Made by a program: the position numbers and the translations under genes
Assembly (NCBI GenBank): GCA_965206175.1
Contig: CBDBJA010000004.1
Location: 82,414 to 146,413 of the forward strand
From: Thermodesulfobacteriota bacterium
GTDB taxonomy: Bacteria; Desulfobacterota_D; UBA1144; Nemesobacterales; Mycalebacteriaceae
Direction: 5' to 3'
DNA length: 64,000 nt
Shown here: positions 32,790 through 42,123 of the stretch, in pieces
Position numbering within the stretch: the stretch's first letter is position 1
Layout: every line of letters starts with the position of its first letter
Notes under the pieces: model-generated
What the model saw: only the letters and a program-made list of their open reading frames with translations
Told to the model about the DNA's origin: nothing
The model's database searches: none

Positions 32790-34145
32790 GTTTTGCCACA
32801 CTTGGTTTTGTGGTCTAATTGAAACTCCCGCAGTCGCGGTTGCCGCGATTTTCGGGTTTTGCCACACTTGGTTTTGTGGTCTAATTGAAACGCCGGCGAC
32901 GCGAACCAAACGACACCTCTGGTTTTGCCACACTTGGTTTTGTGGTCTAATTGAAACAATGGAAGCGCCGCGAGCGGATCTTCCGAAGTTTTGCCACACT
33001 TGGTTTTGTGGTCTAATTGAAACGGCACAGGGCGCACCACCGTGCACGATGCAGTTTTGCCACACTTGGTTTTGTGGTCTAATTGAAACGCAACGCCGGT
33101 CGGAGCCGCGCCGTATGTGGTTTTGCCACACTTGGTTTTGTGGTCTAATTGAAACCCGCGAATTGCAAACCGCATGGAGCCAAACGTTTTGCCACACTTG
33201 GTTTTGTGGTCTAATTGAAACGGCACGGTTGAGAATGGCGTAAACGCGCGAGTTTTGCCACACTTGGTTTTGTGGTCTAATTGAAACAGCGTCGAGGCGG
33301 CGTCTGTTGATTTTGTCGTTTTGCCACACTTGGTTTTGTGGTCTAATTGAAACATGGCAGAGAACGGGCTGTTCTCAAATTGTGTTTTGCCACACTTGGT
33401 TTTGTGGTCTAATTGAAACTTGAGTTGTTCGGACGCCCCATTCGCTACCGTTTTGCCACACTTGGTTTTGTGGTCTAATTGAAACGCGGACAAAAAGGAA
33501 AAGACACGAGCGAAAGTTTTGCCACACTTGGTTTTGTGGTCTAATTGAAACCGAATCCGGTGACGGAAAGAATCGGAGCGGGTTTTGCCACACTTGGTTT
33601 TGTGGTCTAATTGAAACTTGAAGGAACGCTTGCGGTTAAACCGCAAGGTTTTGCCACACTTGGTTTTGTGGTCTAATTGAAACGGGGCAAGCGTAACGGC
33701 AAGTGAGGGGGGAGTTTTGCCACACTTGGTTTTGTGGTCTAATTGAAACTGGATAAAGGCATCACAGACGCCGCGGACGGTTTTGCCACACTTGGTTTTG
33801 TGGTCTAATTGAAACTGGGTTGCTCTCACCTCTTACATCAACGATGTTTTGCCACACTTGGTTTTGTGGTCTAATTGAAACAAGAACTTGATCCGTGATA
33901 TCACTTGGAGTGTTTTGCCACACTTGGTTTTGTGGTCTAATTGAAACCTTATTGCAAGCCCTGCGAACCGTTTTTTAGTTTTGCCACACTTGGTTTTGTG
34001 GTCTAATTGAAACACTATCCAGGTCTTCCCCGCGCCGCTTGCGGTTTTGCCACACTTGGTTTTGTGGTCTAATTGAAACAACCGCAGACGCAATTTCAAC
34101 CGGCACTTCGTTTTGCCACACTTGGTTTTGTGGTCTAATTGAGAA
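32790..34145 (+). CRISPR. CRISPR array: 21 x 36-nt repeats, 20 x 30-nt spacers
   Basis: The repeat GTTTTGCCACACTTGGTTTTGTGGTCTAATTGAAAC contains an internal CCACA/TGTGG hairpin and a 3' ATTGAAAC handle. I hand-indexed an exact 66-nt period from 32790 to 34110. The last repeat (34110-34145) degenerates to ...ATTGAGAA. Orientation is co-directional with the cas genes. Confidence 0.98.
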
Positions 34146-34226
34146 AACATCCGCATAACGGACTTAACGCTTTCATAAGTTCTCATATCATCATCCAAAC
34201 CGCCAACCTTCTCAAACAAAGACTGG

Positions 34227-34246
34227 ATTCCTGCTTTCGCAGGAAT
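34227..34246. repeat. REP-like perfect hairpin ATTCCTGC-TTTC-GCAGGAAT
   Basis: An 8-bp perfect stem with a 4-nt loop (GAAA on the minus strand), 81 nt downstream of the last CRISPR repeat. It shares the ATTCC...GGAAT core with the elements at 62838 and 62991. Confidence 0.7.
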
Positions 34247-34412
34247 GGCAAGGTATCAGCAACTGCCATTGCAATTGCAACTTTAGCCGACCCATCTCCG
34301 TTGAAACATGTATGAATCATACGGAATAAGCGTTCGGCAGCCGGAAACGGCACTTGCAAAACACCAAACACTATTTATATTTGAACCAATCCTATGCGTT
34401 TGCGAGACACCT

Positions 34413-34889
34413 ATGATTTTCAGACTGGAAGAGATTGCGGATGAAGGGCTGTTCTTTGAGATTTCCAAAAACGGGAAATGGCTCACAAACATAAGGGAGA
34501 TAGCCGAAGAAACAGGAGAAACAAAACTGCTTTCTCCCGTTTCCTTCAGCGCGGGCATTCAAAAAATGAGCGGATATCTGAGCGTTTCAGGCAAACTGTC
34601 GTTTGAACTTTCCTCGCCATGCGTGCGCTGCCTGAAAACGGCGCGGAGCAAAATCGGCGGTCAAATCGGATTCTTTATTTCACTTTCGAGAAAAGAGAAT
34701 AGAATAGACATCTCCGATGATATGAGACAGCAGGTCGCAATGGCAATGCCTGAAAGGATTATGTGCTCGGATGAATGCAAAGGACTTTGCGCAATGTGCG
34801 GAAAAGACTTGAATGAAGGCGTCTGTTCGTGTAAAACGGAGGAAACAGACAACAGGTTTCAAGCGCTGAAACAACCCGATCCGTCTTAG
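34413..34889 (+). CDS. yceD: YceD/DUF177 family protein
   Basis: MIFRLEEIADEG... with the C-terminal Cys cluster CSDECKGLCAMCGKDLNEGVCSC. It sits directly upstream of rpmF, as is typical. Confidence 0.8.
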   Translation: MIFRLEEIADEGLFFEISKNGKWLTNIREIAEETGETKLLSPVSFSAGIQKMSGYLSVSGKLSFELSSPCVRCLKTARSKIGGQIGFFISLSRKENRIDISDDMRQQVAMAMPERIMCSDECKGLCAMCGKDLNEGVCSCKTEETDNRFQALKQPDPS

Positions 34890-34916
34890 GACGGAGCGCG
34901 GCAAAAGGAGAAAAAC

Positions 34917-35138
34917 ATGGCGGTTCCAAAAAGAAAAACTTCAACTTCCAAATCCCGAAAAAGAAGAACCCACTACAAGGCGGTAGTCCCGCCATCTTCC
35001 GTTTGCCCGGAATGCAACGAGAGGATGTATCCGCACAGGGCTTGCCCGCACTGCGGCTACTACAAGGGAAGAGCTTTTATGAAAGAAGAAGAAACGGAAG
35101 AGATTGAAGAAGAAGAGTCGGAGGCGGCCGCCGAATAG
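34917..35138 (+). CDS. rpmF: 50S ribosomal protein L32 (with acidic C-terminal extension)
   Basis: MAVPKRKTSTSKSRKRRTHYK...CPECNERMYPHRACPHCGYYKG. Confidence 0.95.
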   Translation: MAVPKRKTSTSKSRKRRTHYKAVVPPSSVCPECNERMYPHRACPHCGYYKGRAFMKEEETEEIEEEESEAAAE

Positions 35139-35177
35139 ATGCTGCTTTCGCCTGTTGAGACTTGATGAAAAAGTAAG

Positions 35178-36095
35178 ATGACATCTTTTGTTTTCCCCGG
35201 ACAAGGTTCGCAGTATGTCGGAATGGGAAAAGATCTCCGCGACAACTTTCCCGAATCCAGACTTGTGTTTGAACAGGCAAGCGACGCCATAGGCGAAGAT
35301 ATGAGCGCCCTGTGCTTTGACTCCGACGAGGAAACCCTGAGTTTGACCGCAAACGCGCAGCCCGCCATTCTGACGGTCAGCATAGCGGTTCTGCATGCGT
35401 TCCAAAAAGAAAAAAACCGGAAGCCGGACTTTGTCGCCGGACACAGCCTCGGAGAGTATTCCGCGCTTGTCGCGGCGGGAGCGATTGAGTTTTCCGATGC
35501 GGTGAGAATTGTGAGAAAAAGAGGCGAACTGATGCAGGAAGCGGTTCCGCGGGGAGAAGGGGCGATGGCGGCAATCATGGGTTTGACAAAAAATGAAGTT
35601 GAAAATGTTTGCAAACAATGTTCGGATAACGGACGGCATGTTTCGCCCGCAAACTACAATTCGCCTGAGCAGACAGTCATATCGGGACACACGGACGCGG
35701 TGGAAAAAGCAACACATCTCGCCCTTGAAAGCGGAGCCCGCAGGGCGGTGCCGCTGAAAGTGAGCGCCCCTTTCCACTGCTCTCTTATGAGTCCGGCGGC
35801 TGAAAAACTTGCGGAAACACTGGAACAGATTAAAGTGTCGCCCATTGTGGTTCCGGTTGTTACCAACCTTGAGGCGACTGAAAACACGGAACCGGAAAGA
35901 GTGAAAAAATTGCTGCTTGAACAGATAACAAACCCCGTCAGGTGGTCGGAATCGGTTGAATACATGAACGGCAGAGGGGTCGACAGATTCATTGAGATGG
36001 GTCCCGGAAAAGCGCTTTGCGGACTTGTGAAAAGAACCGTGAAAAATGTGGAAACTGTTAATCTTGAAATGGCGGAGCATTTGCATAAGGTTTAG
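35178..36095 (+). CDS. fabD: malonyl-CoA:ACP transacylase
   Basis: FVFPGQGSQYVGMG and the active site GHSLGEYSALVAAG. Confidence 0.95.
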   Translation: MTSFVFPGQGSQYVGMGKDLRDNFPESRLVFEQASDAIGEDMSALCFDSDEETLSLTANAQPAILTVSIAVLHAFQKEKNRKPDFVAGHSLGEYSALVAAGAIEFSDAVRIVRKRGELMQEAVPRGEGAMAAIMGLTKNEVENVCKQCSDNGRHVSPANYNSPEQTVISGHTDAVEKATHLALESGARRAVPLKVSAPFHCSLMSPAAEKLAETLEQIKVSPIVVPVVTNLEATENTEPERVKKLLLEQITNPVRWSESVEYMNGRGVDRFIEMGPGKALCGLVKRTVKNVETVNLEMAEHLHKV

Positions 36096-36099
36096 AGAA

Positions 36100-36855
36100 A
36101 TGAACTTCGGGACTGAATTCAAAGGGAAAACCGCGCTTGTTACGGGAGCATCACGGGGGATAGGAAAGCAGACGGCGATAGACCTTGCGGCGGCGGGCTG
36201 TCATGTGATTGTGAACTACGCATCAAATTCCGGTGAGGCGGAGGAGACCCTTGAGATTATCAAACAAAACGGAGGAAGCGGCGAAACCGTCCGCTTTGAT
36301 GTTTCAGACTACAAAGCGGTGGGGAAGACCGTCAAGCCGTTTATTGAAAAGAAGGGCGGGATTCACATACTCGTAAACAACGCGGGAATCACAAAAGACA
36401 AACTGCTTGTCAGAATGACGGAGCGGGACTGGAACGATGTTCAGGACACAAACCTGAGTGGAGTCTTCAACTGCACGAAAGCGGTCATAAGAAACATGCT
36501 GAACGCCAGATACGGAAGAATCATCAACATCACCTCGGTGGTGGGCGAAATGGGAAACCCCGGACAGATAAACTATTCTTCCTCAAAAGCGGGTATAATA
36601 GGGTTTACAAAATCGGCGGCGAAAGAGTTCGCTTCACGCGGGATAACAGTAAATGCGGTAAGTCCCGGATTTGTGGAAACGGACATAACGGCGCCCATTC
36701 CCGAAGAAATGAAACGCGCATACCTTGAGTCAATACCGCTCGGCAGATACGGCACGGTGAAGGATGTGTCGGGCGCGGTAACTTTTCTGGCATCGGACGC
36801 GGCTTCATACATCACCGGAGAAGTGATGAAAGTGAACGGCGGACTTTATATTTAA
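36100..36855 (+). CDS. fabG: 3-oxoacyl-ACP reductase
   Basis: KTALVTGASRGIGK, NNAGI and the YSSSKAG catalytic motif; the ATG is at 36100. Confidence 0.95.
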   Translation: MNFGTEFKGKTALVTGASRGIGKQTAIDLAAAGCHVIVNYASNSGEAEETLEIIKQNGGSGETVRFDVSDYKAVGKTVKPFIEKKGGIHILVNNAGITKDKLLVRMTERDWNDVQDTNLSGVFNCTKAVIRNMLNARYGRIINITSVVGEMGNPGQINYSSSKAGIIGFTKSAAKEFASRGITVNAVSPGFVETDITAPIPEEMKRAYLESIPLGRYGTVKDVSGAVTFLASDAASYITGEVMKVNGGLYI

Positions 36856-36894
36856 TTTTGGAAGGAAAAACAAACAAGACAAGGAGGAAAACAA

Positions 36895-37155
36895 ATGTCT
36901 CAGGAAAAAGAAACGGAAATAATCGGCAAAGTCAAAGGGATGATAGCCGGTCAGTTCGGCAAATCAGTCGAAGAGATTGAACCGGAGCTGTCGTTCATTG
37001 ACGACCTCGGCGCGGACTCGCTTGATCTGGTGGAGCTTGTAATGTCAATAGAGGACGAGTTCGGAATTGAAATCCTTGACGAGGATGTTGAAAAAATCAA
37101 ATCCGTTCAGGACGCGGTTGATTTCATAAAGGAGAAGCAAGGAGATGGCGCGTAG
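36895..37155 (+). CDS. acpP: acyl carrier protein
   Basis: [21 protein letters not shown] (phosphopantetheine Ser), with AAGGAGG 8 nt upstream. Confidence 0.95.
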   Translation: MSQEKETEIIGKVKGMIAGQFGKSVEEIEPELSFIDDLGADSLDLVELVMSIEDEFGIEILDEDVEKIKSVQDAVDFIKEKQGDGA

Positions 37156-38377
37156 GGTCGTCATAACCGGGCTTGGCCTTGTAACCCCCCTCGGTATAGG
37201 ACACAAACAAACTTGGGAAGCCGTCTGCGCGGGCAGAAGCGGGGTCGGCGCCATAACCAGATTTGACGCCTCAAACCACAAAACGCAGATAGCGGGTGAA
37301 GTCAAAAACTTCCGTCCGGCGGATTTTATGACCGAACGGGAAGTCCGCAGGGACGACATCTTTATCCATTACGCCATCGCGTCAACAAAACTCGCGCTTG
37401 AGGATTCGGGGCTTGAAATAAGCGATGAAATGTCTCATAGAGTCGGCGTCGTAATCGCGTCCGGAATCGGCGGAACGACAACATACTGCGACATGGTGCG
37501 GGTTCTTGACGACAAAGGTCCGGGCAGAGTTTCGCCGTTTTTCATCCCCAATGTGATAACGAACATGGCGGCGGGTTATGTGTCAATAAAATTCAACGCG
37601 AAAGGCCCCAACTGCAGCACGACAACCGCCTGCGCGGCAAGCGGTCATTCGCTTTCCCTTGCCGCGATGCTCATAAAAAACGGAGACGCGGACGCGATGA
37701 TAGCGGGGGGAAGCGAAGCTCCTCTTGTTTCGCTTACGGTGGCGGGTTTCAATGTAATGAAAGCGCTCTCAACGCGCAACGACGACCCCGAAACGGCGTC
37801 AAGACCCTTTGAAAGGGACAGGGACGGGTTTGTTCTCGCCGAAGGGGCGGGAATGGTAATTCTGGAAGAGTTTGAATCCGCCAAAGCTCGCGGCGCGAAC
37901 ATATACGCCGAGGTTCTCGGACACGGAATGAGCGGGGACGCCCACCACATAACCGCCCCGTCTCTTGACGGACCCGTCAGATGCATGAAGGCGGCTCTTC
38001 ACAATTCCGGCGTCAACAGCGAAGATGTTGACTACATAAACGCTCACGGCACTTCCACAAAACTCAACGATTCAAACGAAACCGCAGCGATAAAAGATGT
38101 TTTCGGAAACAGGGCTTACGACATTCCCGTAAGTTCCACAAAATCAATGACAGGACACATGCTCGGAGCGACGGGAGCGGTTGAAGCGTCTTTGTGCGCT
38201 CTGGCGGTCAAGCACTCCGTAATACCGCCGACCATAAACCTTTTCAACAAAGACCCCGAGTGCGACCTTGACTATGTGCCGAATGAGGCGCGGGAAGCGA
38301 AATTGAAAATCGCCATCACAAACTCATACGGATTCGGCGGCACAAACTCGGTAATTGTGCTTGGGAGGGTTGATTAG
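37145..38377 (+). CDS. fabF: 3-oxoacyl-ACP synthase II
   Basis: [33 protein letters not shown] and NSYGFGGTN. Confidence 0.95.
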   Translation: MARRVVITGLGLVTPLGIGHKQTWEAVCAGRSGVGAITRFDASNHKTQIAGEVKNFRPADFMTEREVRRDDIFIHYAIASTKLALEDSGLEISDEMSHRVGVVIASGIGGTTTYCDMVRVLDDKGPGRVSPFFIPNVITNMAAGYVSIKFNAKGPNCSTTTACAASGHSLSLAAMLIKNGDADAMIAGGSEAPLVSLTVAGFNVMKALSTRNDDPETASRPFERDRDGFVLAEGAGMVILEEFESAKARGANIYAEVLGHGMSGDAHHITAPSLDGPVRCMKAALHNSGVNSEDVDYINAHGTSTKLNDSNETAAIKDVFGNRAYDIPVSSTKSMTGHMLGATGAVEASLCALAVKHSVIPPTINLFNKDPECDLDYVPNEAREAKLKIAITNSYGFGGTNSVIVLGRVD

Positions 38378-38380
38378 AAA

Positions 38381-41065
38381 ATGCGGGACAAATTCAAAAC
38401 TTTAAGGGAAATGGAAGCGGGCGGGAAAAAATACTTTTTTCACTCTCTTGCCGAACTTGAAAAAAACCTGAAAACGGAGATTGGCGGACTTCCCTTTTCC
38501 ATCAAAATCCTTCTGGAAAACGCTCTCAGAAACCATGACGGAAAAACCGTTACCGACGACCATGTGCGAGCCATTGCAAACTGGAAGGACGGGAAGCGGG
38601 GACGGGAAATTCCCTACAAACCGGCAAGGGTGATACTTCAGGATTTTACGGGAGTTCCGTGTGTGGCGGATTTGGCGTCAATGCGCTCGGCGGTCAGCCG
38701 CATTGACGGGGCGGACTATTCGCGCATCAACCCGGTGGTTCCGGTTGACCTTGTGATAGACCATTCAATACAGGTTGATTTTTTCGCGGGCAAAGACTCT
38801 TTTTCAAAAAATGTTGAACTTGAATACGAGAGAAACAGGGAGCGCTACAAGTTTCTTAAATGGGCGCAGAACTCTTTTGACAATTTCAGGGTGGTTCCCC
38901 CGGGCACGGGAATTGTGCATCAGGTCAACCTTGAGTGTCTGGCGGATGTTGTGTCTTCGGCGGAAAAAGACGGGAAAACCGTTGCGTATCCCGATACGCT
39001 GGTCGGCACGGATTCCCACACGACAATGATAAACGGCTTGAGTGTGGTCGGATGGGGAGTGGGCGGAATTGAAGCCGAAGCGTGCATGCTCGGTCAGCCC
39101 CTCTACATGCTGATGCCGGAAGTAACGGGGTTCAAAATCACCGGACAGCCGTCCGAAGTCGTAACGGCAACGGATGTGGTGCTTACGGTTACCGAAATGC
39201 TCAGGAAGAAAGGGGTTGTCGGAAAATTTGTTGAATTCTACGGAGACGGACTCGGGAAACTCTCCCTTTCGGACAGGGCGACCATAGCAAACATGGCTCC
39301 CGAATACGGAGCGACCATGGGATTCTTTCCGACCGATTCCGAAACCCTGCGCTACATAAACTCAACGGGCAGGGGCGACCGTTCGGAACTGATTGAAAAA
39401 TACGCAACGGAGCAGATGCTGTTCAGAAAAGCCGGCGAAGCGCCGGATTACACGGACACCCTTGAACTTGACCTCGGAACGGTTGAGCCCTCAATGGCTG
39501 GACCCGACAGGCCTCAGGACAGGGTTCCGCTTAAAAACCTGAAGCGGTCTTATGAAAAAAGCATTAAAGAAAAAGCCGCCGGAGGCGGGGGCGCGGCGCG
39601 AATTGAAATGAAGGGGAAAAGTTGCGACCTGAGAGACGGCTCGGTTGTGATTGCGGCGATTACAAGCTGCACAAACACTTCAAACCCGTCCGTTATGGTC
39701 GCGGCGGGGCTTCTCGCCCGCAAAGCCGTTGAAAAAGGACTTGGCGTAAAGCCGTATGTGAAAACAAGCCTCGCGCCCGGCTCCAGAGTTGTTACGGACT
39801 ATCTTTCAGCCGCGGGGCTTCTGGAACCGCTGGAATCTCTCGGATTCAACGTTGTCGGATACGGCTGCACAACCTGCATAGGCAACAGCGGACCGCTTCC
39901 GGCGGAAGTTGAGAAAGGTATCAGTGAGGAAAACCTCACTTGCGCTTCCGTGCTGAGCGGAAACAGAAACTTTCAGGGCAGAATTCACCCTCTCGTCAAA
40001 TTCTCCTATCTCGCGTCCCCTCCGCTTGTGGTCGCTTTCGCTCTTGCGGGAACAGTGAACAAAGATGTTCTTTCATCACCAATCGGAAAAGACGGAAACG
40101 GAGAAGATGTGTATCTGAAAGACATTTGGCCGAGCCGGGAAGAGATAAACCGGACGGTTTCGGAAACGGTCAGCCCTGAAATGTTCAAGCGGCAATACTC
40201 CGGCGTTTTTGACGGAGACCGCATGTGGTCGGAGCTTTCAGCCTCGGAGAACCGCATTTACGATTGGGATGAAAACTCCACATACATAAAAAATCCGCCT
40301 TTCTTTGAAAACTTTTTTCCGGGCGAAAACGGCGGAAAGAGTTCTGAAAGCGTAACGGAAGCGAGGGCGCTCGCAGTGCTCGGAGACTCCGTAACAACAG
40401 ACCACATCTCGCCCGCGGGAGTTATTCAGCCCGACGGACCGGCGGGGAAATACCTCATTTCAAAAGGGGTGGAGCGGAAACATTTCAACAGTTTCGGAGC
40501 GCGGCGCGGAAACCATGAAGTGATGATCAGGGGAACTTTCGCCAACATAAGGATAAAAAACCTGATGGTTCCCGAAACCGAAGGGGGATTGACCGTTCAC
40601 ATGCCGTCCGGAGAGCGGATGGCGATATACGACGCGGCGGAAAGATATATGAAGGACGGCGTTCCGCTGATTGTTATTGCCGGAAAAGAATACGGAACCG
40701 GAAGTTCGCGCGACTGGGCGGCGAAGGGAACGGCTCTGCTTGGAGTCAAATACGTTATCGCGGAAAGTTATGAAAGGATCCACCGGAGCAACCTTGTCGG
40801 AATGGGGGTTCTGCCGCTTCAGTTCAAAGACGGGGAAAATGCGCAAACCCTTTCCCTGACCGGTTTTGAAACCTTTTCCATAACGGGCGCATCCGAAGAG
40901 ATGTCGCCGGGAAAGGAAGTCCGGGTAAGCGTGAAAAGCGAAACCGGAGAAAAGACATTTACCGCAATCTGCCGTTTGGACAGCCCCGTTGAAGTAGAAT
41001 ACTATAAAAACGGAGGAATTCTTCAGACGGTTATAAGGCAAATGATCATACCAAACGGGTATTGA
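38381..41065 (+). CDS. acnA: aconitate hydratase A
   Basis: 894 aa with VILQDFTGVP, GTDSHTTMINGL, ITSCTNTSNP and GCTTCIGNSG. Confidence 0.95.
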   Translation: MRDKFKTLREMEAGGKKYFFHSLAELEKNLKTEIGGLPFSIKILLENALRNHDGKTVTDDHVRAIANWKDGKRGREIPYKPARVILQDFTGVPCVADLASMRSAVSRIDGADYSRINPVVPVDLVIDHSIQVDFFAGKDSFSKNVELEYERNRERYKFLKWAQNSFDNFRVVPPGTGIVHQVNLECLADVVSSAEKDGKTVAYPDTLVGTDSHTTMINGLSVVGWGVGGIEAEACMLGQPLYMLMPEVTGFKITGQPSEVVTATDVVLTVTEMLRKKGVVGKFVEFYGDGLGKLSLSDRATIANMAPEYGATMGFFPTDSETLRYINSTGRGDRSELIEKYATEQMLFRKAGEAPDYTDTLELDLGTVEPSMAGPDRPQDRVPLKNLKRSYEKSIKEKAAGGGGAARIEMKGKSCDLRDGSVVIAAITSCTNTSNPSVMVAAGLLARKAVEKGLGVKPYVKTSLAPGSRVVTDYLSAAGLLEPLESLGFNVVGYGCTTCIGNSGPLPAEVEKGISEENLTCASVLSGNRNFQGRIHPLVKFSYLASPPLVVAFALAGTVNKDVLSSPIGKDGNGEDVYLKDIWPSREEINRTVSETVSPEMFKRQYSGVFDGDRMWSELSASENRIYDWDENSTYIKNPPFFENFFPGENGGKSSESVTEARALAVLGDSVTTDHISPAGVIQPDGPAGKYLISKGVERKHFNSFGARRGNHEVMIRGTFANIRIKNLMVPETEGGLTVHMPSGERMAIYDAAERYMKDGVPLIVIAGKEYGTGSSRDWAAKGTALLGVKYVIAESYERIHRSNLVGMGVLPLQFKDGENAQTLSLTGFETFSITGASEEMSPGKEVRVSVKSETGEKTFTAICRLDSPVEVEYYKNGGILQTVIRQMIIPNGY

Positions 41066-41147
41066 TTGAACAGTCCGCAGATGTTAGAATTTCCGCCTGT
41101 TTAATTAACTTTGTGTCCCAAATTAAAAACGGAAGAGGTGTGGTTTC

Positions 41148-42017
41148 TTGGTAACTTGGGAAAAAAATAAGCGCACAAAAAGCTTTGAGCTGTATCCGAT
41201 ACCGAATCGGTTTGAAAAACAGGTAAACAAGCCGCTTGTCGCTCTGTTTGTTGTCGCGCTCGTCTGTTTGATCGGGATCGGCGTTGGTGTTGCCGTGCTT
41301 TTTTCCTCCGATGACAACAAAAACAGCCTGACAGATGACGTGTTCATGAGCAGCGCGACTTATGACCAGATAGAAAAAACCATACAAAACGGCGCCGATG
41401 TAAACGCAAGAAACGGTCAGGGTGAAACCCCGCTGATGATTACCGCCCGCCTGAGGGAAGACACAAAAAGTTTTCTTCTTATCATTGAAAGCGGAGGGGA
41501 CGTCAACGCAAGAGACAAAGAAGGCAAAACCCCGCTCATGTTTGCGGCTCAACACAACATGAACACGCGGAATGTTCTAACCCTGATAGAAAAAGGCGCG
41601 GAAGTGAACGCGAGAACTCCGGACGGGTATACGCCCCTTATGTTTGCCGCATGGAACAACAGAAATGAACAGATAACCTCCTTGCTGATAGAGAAGGGAG
41701 CGGATATCAAGGCGGTGGACTTAATCAATGAGACCGCCCTTGTAAAAGCGGCATGGAACAACGATAACCATAAAGTCATTCTTGTTCTTGTTGAAAACGG
41801 AGCGGAAGTGAACAAGGCGGGATTTGACAGGAGAACCCCACTTATAAAAGCGGCATGGAACAACAAAAACCCCGAAGTCGTAGTCGCGCTGCTCAACAGC
41901 GGAGCGGACCCGGGAAGAAAGGACAAAAACGGGAAAAAAGCGATAGATTTTATTATGGAAAACGAAAATCTGAAAGACTCCAAGGCATACTGGGAACTCA
42001 AACAGCTTGACTACTGA
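41148..42017 (+). CDS. membrane-anchored ankyrin-repeat protein
   Basis: An N-terminal TM segment (LVALFVVALVCLIGIGVGVAVLF) is followed by about 6 ANK units (G.TPLM.AA...N...V..L...GA.VNA). The C-terminal module is GKKAIDFIMENENLKDSKAYWELKQL. TTG start. Confidence 0.85.
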   Translation: MVTWEKNKRTKSFELYPIPNRFEKQVNKPLVALFVVALVCLIGIGVGVAVLFSSDDNKNSLTDDVFMSSATYDQIEKTIQNGADVNARNGQGETPLMITARLREDTKSFLLIIESGGDVNARDKEGKTPLMFAAQHNMNTRNVLTLIEKGAEVNARTPDGYTPLMFAAWNNRNEQITSLLIEKGADIKAVDLINETALVKAAWNNDNHKVILVLVENGAEVNKAGFDRRTPLIKAAWNNKNPEVVVALLNSGADPGRKDKNGKKAIDFIMENENLKDSKAYWELKQLDY

Positions 42018-42123
42018 CCCGTTTCCCCGCCGTTGACAACAAACCTTTGCGTAATTATTATTACTCCTTCAGTCGGCAAACTGCCGGAGATTAAAACCGT
42101 TCAGAAATACAAGGAGTTAAGCA

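Noticed and set aside
32651-34219. Long minus-strand ORFs (32651..33829, 392 aa; 32769..33329; 33833..34219) and a plus-strand ORF (32788..33243) with a striking repeated peptide FQLDHKTKCGKT / VSIRPQNQVWQN / FCHTWFCGLIET.
   Set aside because: The periodic peptide is just the translation of the 36-nt CRISPR repeat every 66 nt (22 codons, so the frame is kept). It is not a repeat protein.
34146-34412. The possibility that the CRISPR leader, or a hidden cas1/cas2, lies on the downstream side of the array.
   Set aside because: The repeat adjacent to this side is the degenerate one (the old end), and the ATTGAAAC handle sets transcription away from the cas genes. The 267 nt hold no ORF large enough for Cas2 or Cas1.
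34941-36122. A 393-aa minus-strand ORF, the longest unexplained ORF in the track.
   Set aside because: It is fully antisense to the well-supported rpmF and fabD genes. Its composition is Arg/Ser/Phe-rich shadow-frame sequence with no motifs.
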